Shown piece by piece: positions 61,767 to 64,000 of a stretch of 64,000 nt of DNA. The position numbers and the translations under genes are program-made. Positions within the stretch are counted from its first letter, which is position 1. Every line of letters starts with the position of its first letter. The stretch covers positions 9,486,001 through 9,550,000 of the forward strand of contig NC_134025.1 of NCBI RefSeq assembly GCF_964204645.1, read 5' to 3'. Source of the stretch: Tubulanus polymorphus (Eukaryota; Animalia; Nemertea). The notes beneath the pieces were generated by a model that did not search any database, was not told where the DNA came from, and was given only the letters and a program-made list of their open reading frames with translations.

Positions 61767-63599
61767 CTACATCTTTTCTTTTTGCTTTTTACCAATCTTT
61801 GGTAATTCAAATAACCCCAAAAACATTCGCTTCCGTGGTTTCTGTAGGCACGAATTGCAGAACATCGAATCACGTCCATGGCTACACTGCTGTGATTCAA
61901 TTTCCGACTGTTCCGCCGGCAAAATCATTTCAAAATCTGAAGAAGTTGGCGGCAAAGAAGGAAGCGCGGACGCATCTTCAAATAACTCGCGATAGTCTGT
62001 ACCGGTTATTGTCGATTTAATCGATATATCTAACTCCTGAATAGAGTTGAAATCATCGCGGGGCCGTTTTTCATCTTTAGTTAAACGCAGGGGCGATTTG
62101 ATGCTGGCGTAAAGTCGGTCCCAGAACCACACTCTACAGTCTGGCCGGCAAAAGTCGATTGGTGTTATCGGCTTCAAAACACCTTCCAACGGACAGTCTT
62201 CTAAACGAACGGGGAGTATTTTCTTTCCAGTAGCACCTGAAAATATACCATTATTTACCTACGTACGCGAGCTTCATAATTTTCCAATCTGGAAGCATCA
62301 AAAAATCGTACCTGGTGATAGGCAATGCGCATACTGAGTTTGAAATTCACACTCCTTACTTTGCATATAGCCGTTCGTAACGATAATCACCAGCCTCCGG
62401 CACCTGGATGAAAAGTATATACATGTATTATTAAGTTTTTTCAATATTCAAAAATAAAATCTCCCAGCTAGTTTGTCAATACCTTTTTTCGATGAGTTCA
62501 CACGAAACTTTACCGCGGTAACCACCGCCCAGTAAATCTCGAGACGGAATGAATAGTTTCACTTTCGGTTCAAGATGGGTAATCATCGAATGAACAAATC
62601 TGGCTGCCAAGTCGGTCGGATCGTCACAAAATAATACAGCCGCATCGTAATACGTTATCCGGTTGTTATGTGCTGTAAACAATGATTATACATGTATTTC
62701 AATACTGTCAGAGATCTACAGGCCTAAAATAATTTTGGAAAAAAACTACTGCATTAAGTGTAAGAATCTACTGATATACACGAAGTAAACTTACCGTCCT
62801 CGACGGTGTACCGGTGGAAATCTTCAGTGGCGGGATTTTCTGAGGTGCTACTTACTACAAATGAACAATACGCTTAACATCTTTACACATTATATATAAT
62901 TTGATTCCCTTCATACGGGAGATTTCGAATAACCCCGGATTTTAAAAAACAAAACAGTTATTACTCGAATATGAGAAACGTATTTCGTAATTAAAAACAC
63001 GGTACAAAAATCACAAGGAAGTTACGTAGTTTCTCACTTTCAGGAACTTGCGGGGGGCAAATTGCATTTCGCCTGGCCTGCTCTCTGCATCGTAGTGCTT
63101 CTACTTGATCACGGTACAAGCGAACGTCATTTTCTGTCAAAACACACAGATGGAGATGAAATGATTTGAAATTGATAAAAAGTAGATAGAGATGATAAAA
63201 CCAATGCGGATTGAAAAGCTTCTGACGCTCACCCAAACATTTCAATTTGTCGAGGTCGTAAAGAACATCTTCTCTTCCTAAGTATTCGAGAATATCTAAT
63301 AAAGACTGGACCGACCGCGTCGAGGGATCATCCGGTTGATGGAAAGTTGTTTTATTCCAATCTTCGAGAATCTCGCCCATCGGATCCGAACTTCGCCTGA
63401 ATCGCTCGATAGAATAATAGTCGAAGCCACGACATTGCGCTACACCTCTGTAGTCTACTAGGCATCCGCACGATATGTTTACCAATGGGTTTTCGACATT
63501 GAGAAAGTTCGACAAAATATTCCTTGTCAAATAGTTAAGAGCACTAACAGGAATATCATGCAAATGATTGCGCGCTTTCTTGGTAAGCGATGCTGCCAT
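61767..63599 (-). CDS. MYD88: Myeloid differentiation primary response protein MyD88 (death domain, TIR domain, C-terminal extension)
   Basis: Exons 63599-63233 (death domain IPVSALN...LLDILEYLGREDVL), 63133-63038, 62854-62795, 62672-62483, 62403-62312 (RCRRLVIIV...SKECEFQTQYAHCLSP), 62236-61767 (KKILPV...WFWDRL plus a tail). Confidence 0.92.
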
Positions 63600-64000
63600 T
63601 TTGCATATATATATTCCAACTCAATAAACACAGAATAAGTAGGATGCACTGAACAGAATGAATCGTAAAACACTATTTATATCATCAATCGCTTATCAAT
63701 TCTTATACAAACTTATATCCAGTCCATTTCATAAATCCGCGCTGGACGTATGGTCCGATTAGTGACCAATTCAGGTGACCAAGACGTAGCCAGAACGCTC
63801 CCACAGTACCACTGCCTACAATTTCAAATCTGTAGGCATTGTTATTATAGATCTGAATGTAATGGTCACTGTCAGCCTCACTAACATCCGTTATCTATTC
63901 TCTTCGTTTTGACAAACAATCCATGATCCATCTCAAATTCAATCATTTTCAGTATAGCAGTACAGTACTACCGTACTGCGACTATATGAAGCGATAAAGA

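Overview
Compact, AT-rich, intron-containing animal genomic DNA, most likely from a lophotrochozoan-type invertebrate (inferred from protein style; the species cannot be determined here). Splicing exons by hand gives ten protein-coding genes: the 3' part of a CELF1/2 (Bruno) RNA-binding gene with a ~7 kb 3'UTR (+), a Shisa-like Cys-rich membrane protein with a GAPYPGQPP repeat tail (+), two intact RPL36A/eL42 paralogs (-) flanking small acidic protein SMAP/C11orf58 (+), STK33 (-), a head-to-head MED29(-)/PAF1(+) pair, B4GAT1 (-) and MyD88 (-). There are also several MITE families, a LINE 3' fragment and long microsatellites. The most notable signal is the eL42 pair. One copy has the canonical Pro56 and a 5'TOP start. 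The other has Val at Pro56, the cycloheximide/E-site-toxin resistance position, and no obvious TOP, which suggests a specialised or toxin-resistant ribosome variant. Other leads: MyD88 lacking the BB-loop proline and carrying a basic C-terminal extension, a chain of uORFs ahead of STK33, ancient MED29-PAF1 microsynteny, and candidate CELF autoregulatory elements. All exon models rest on splice signals plus recognised homology, with no transcript data.
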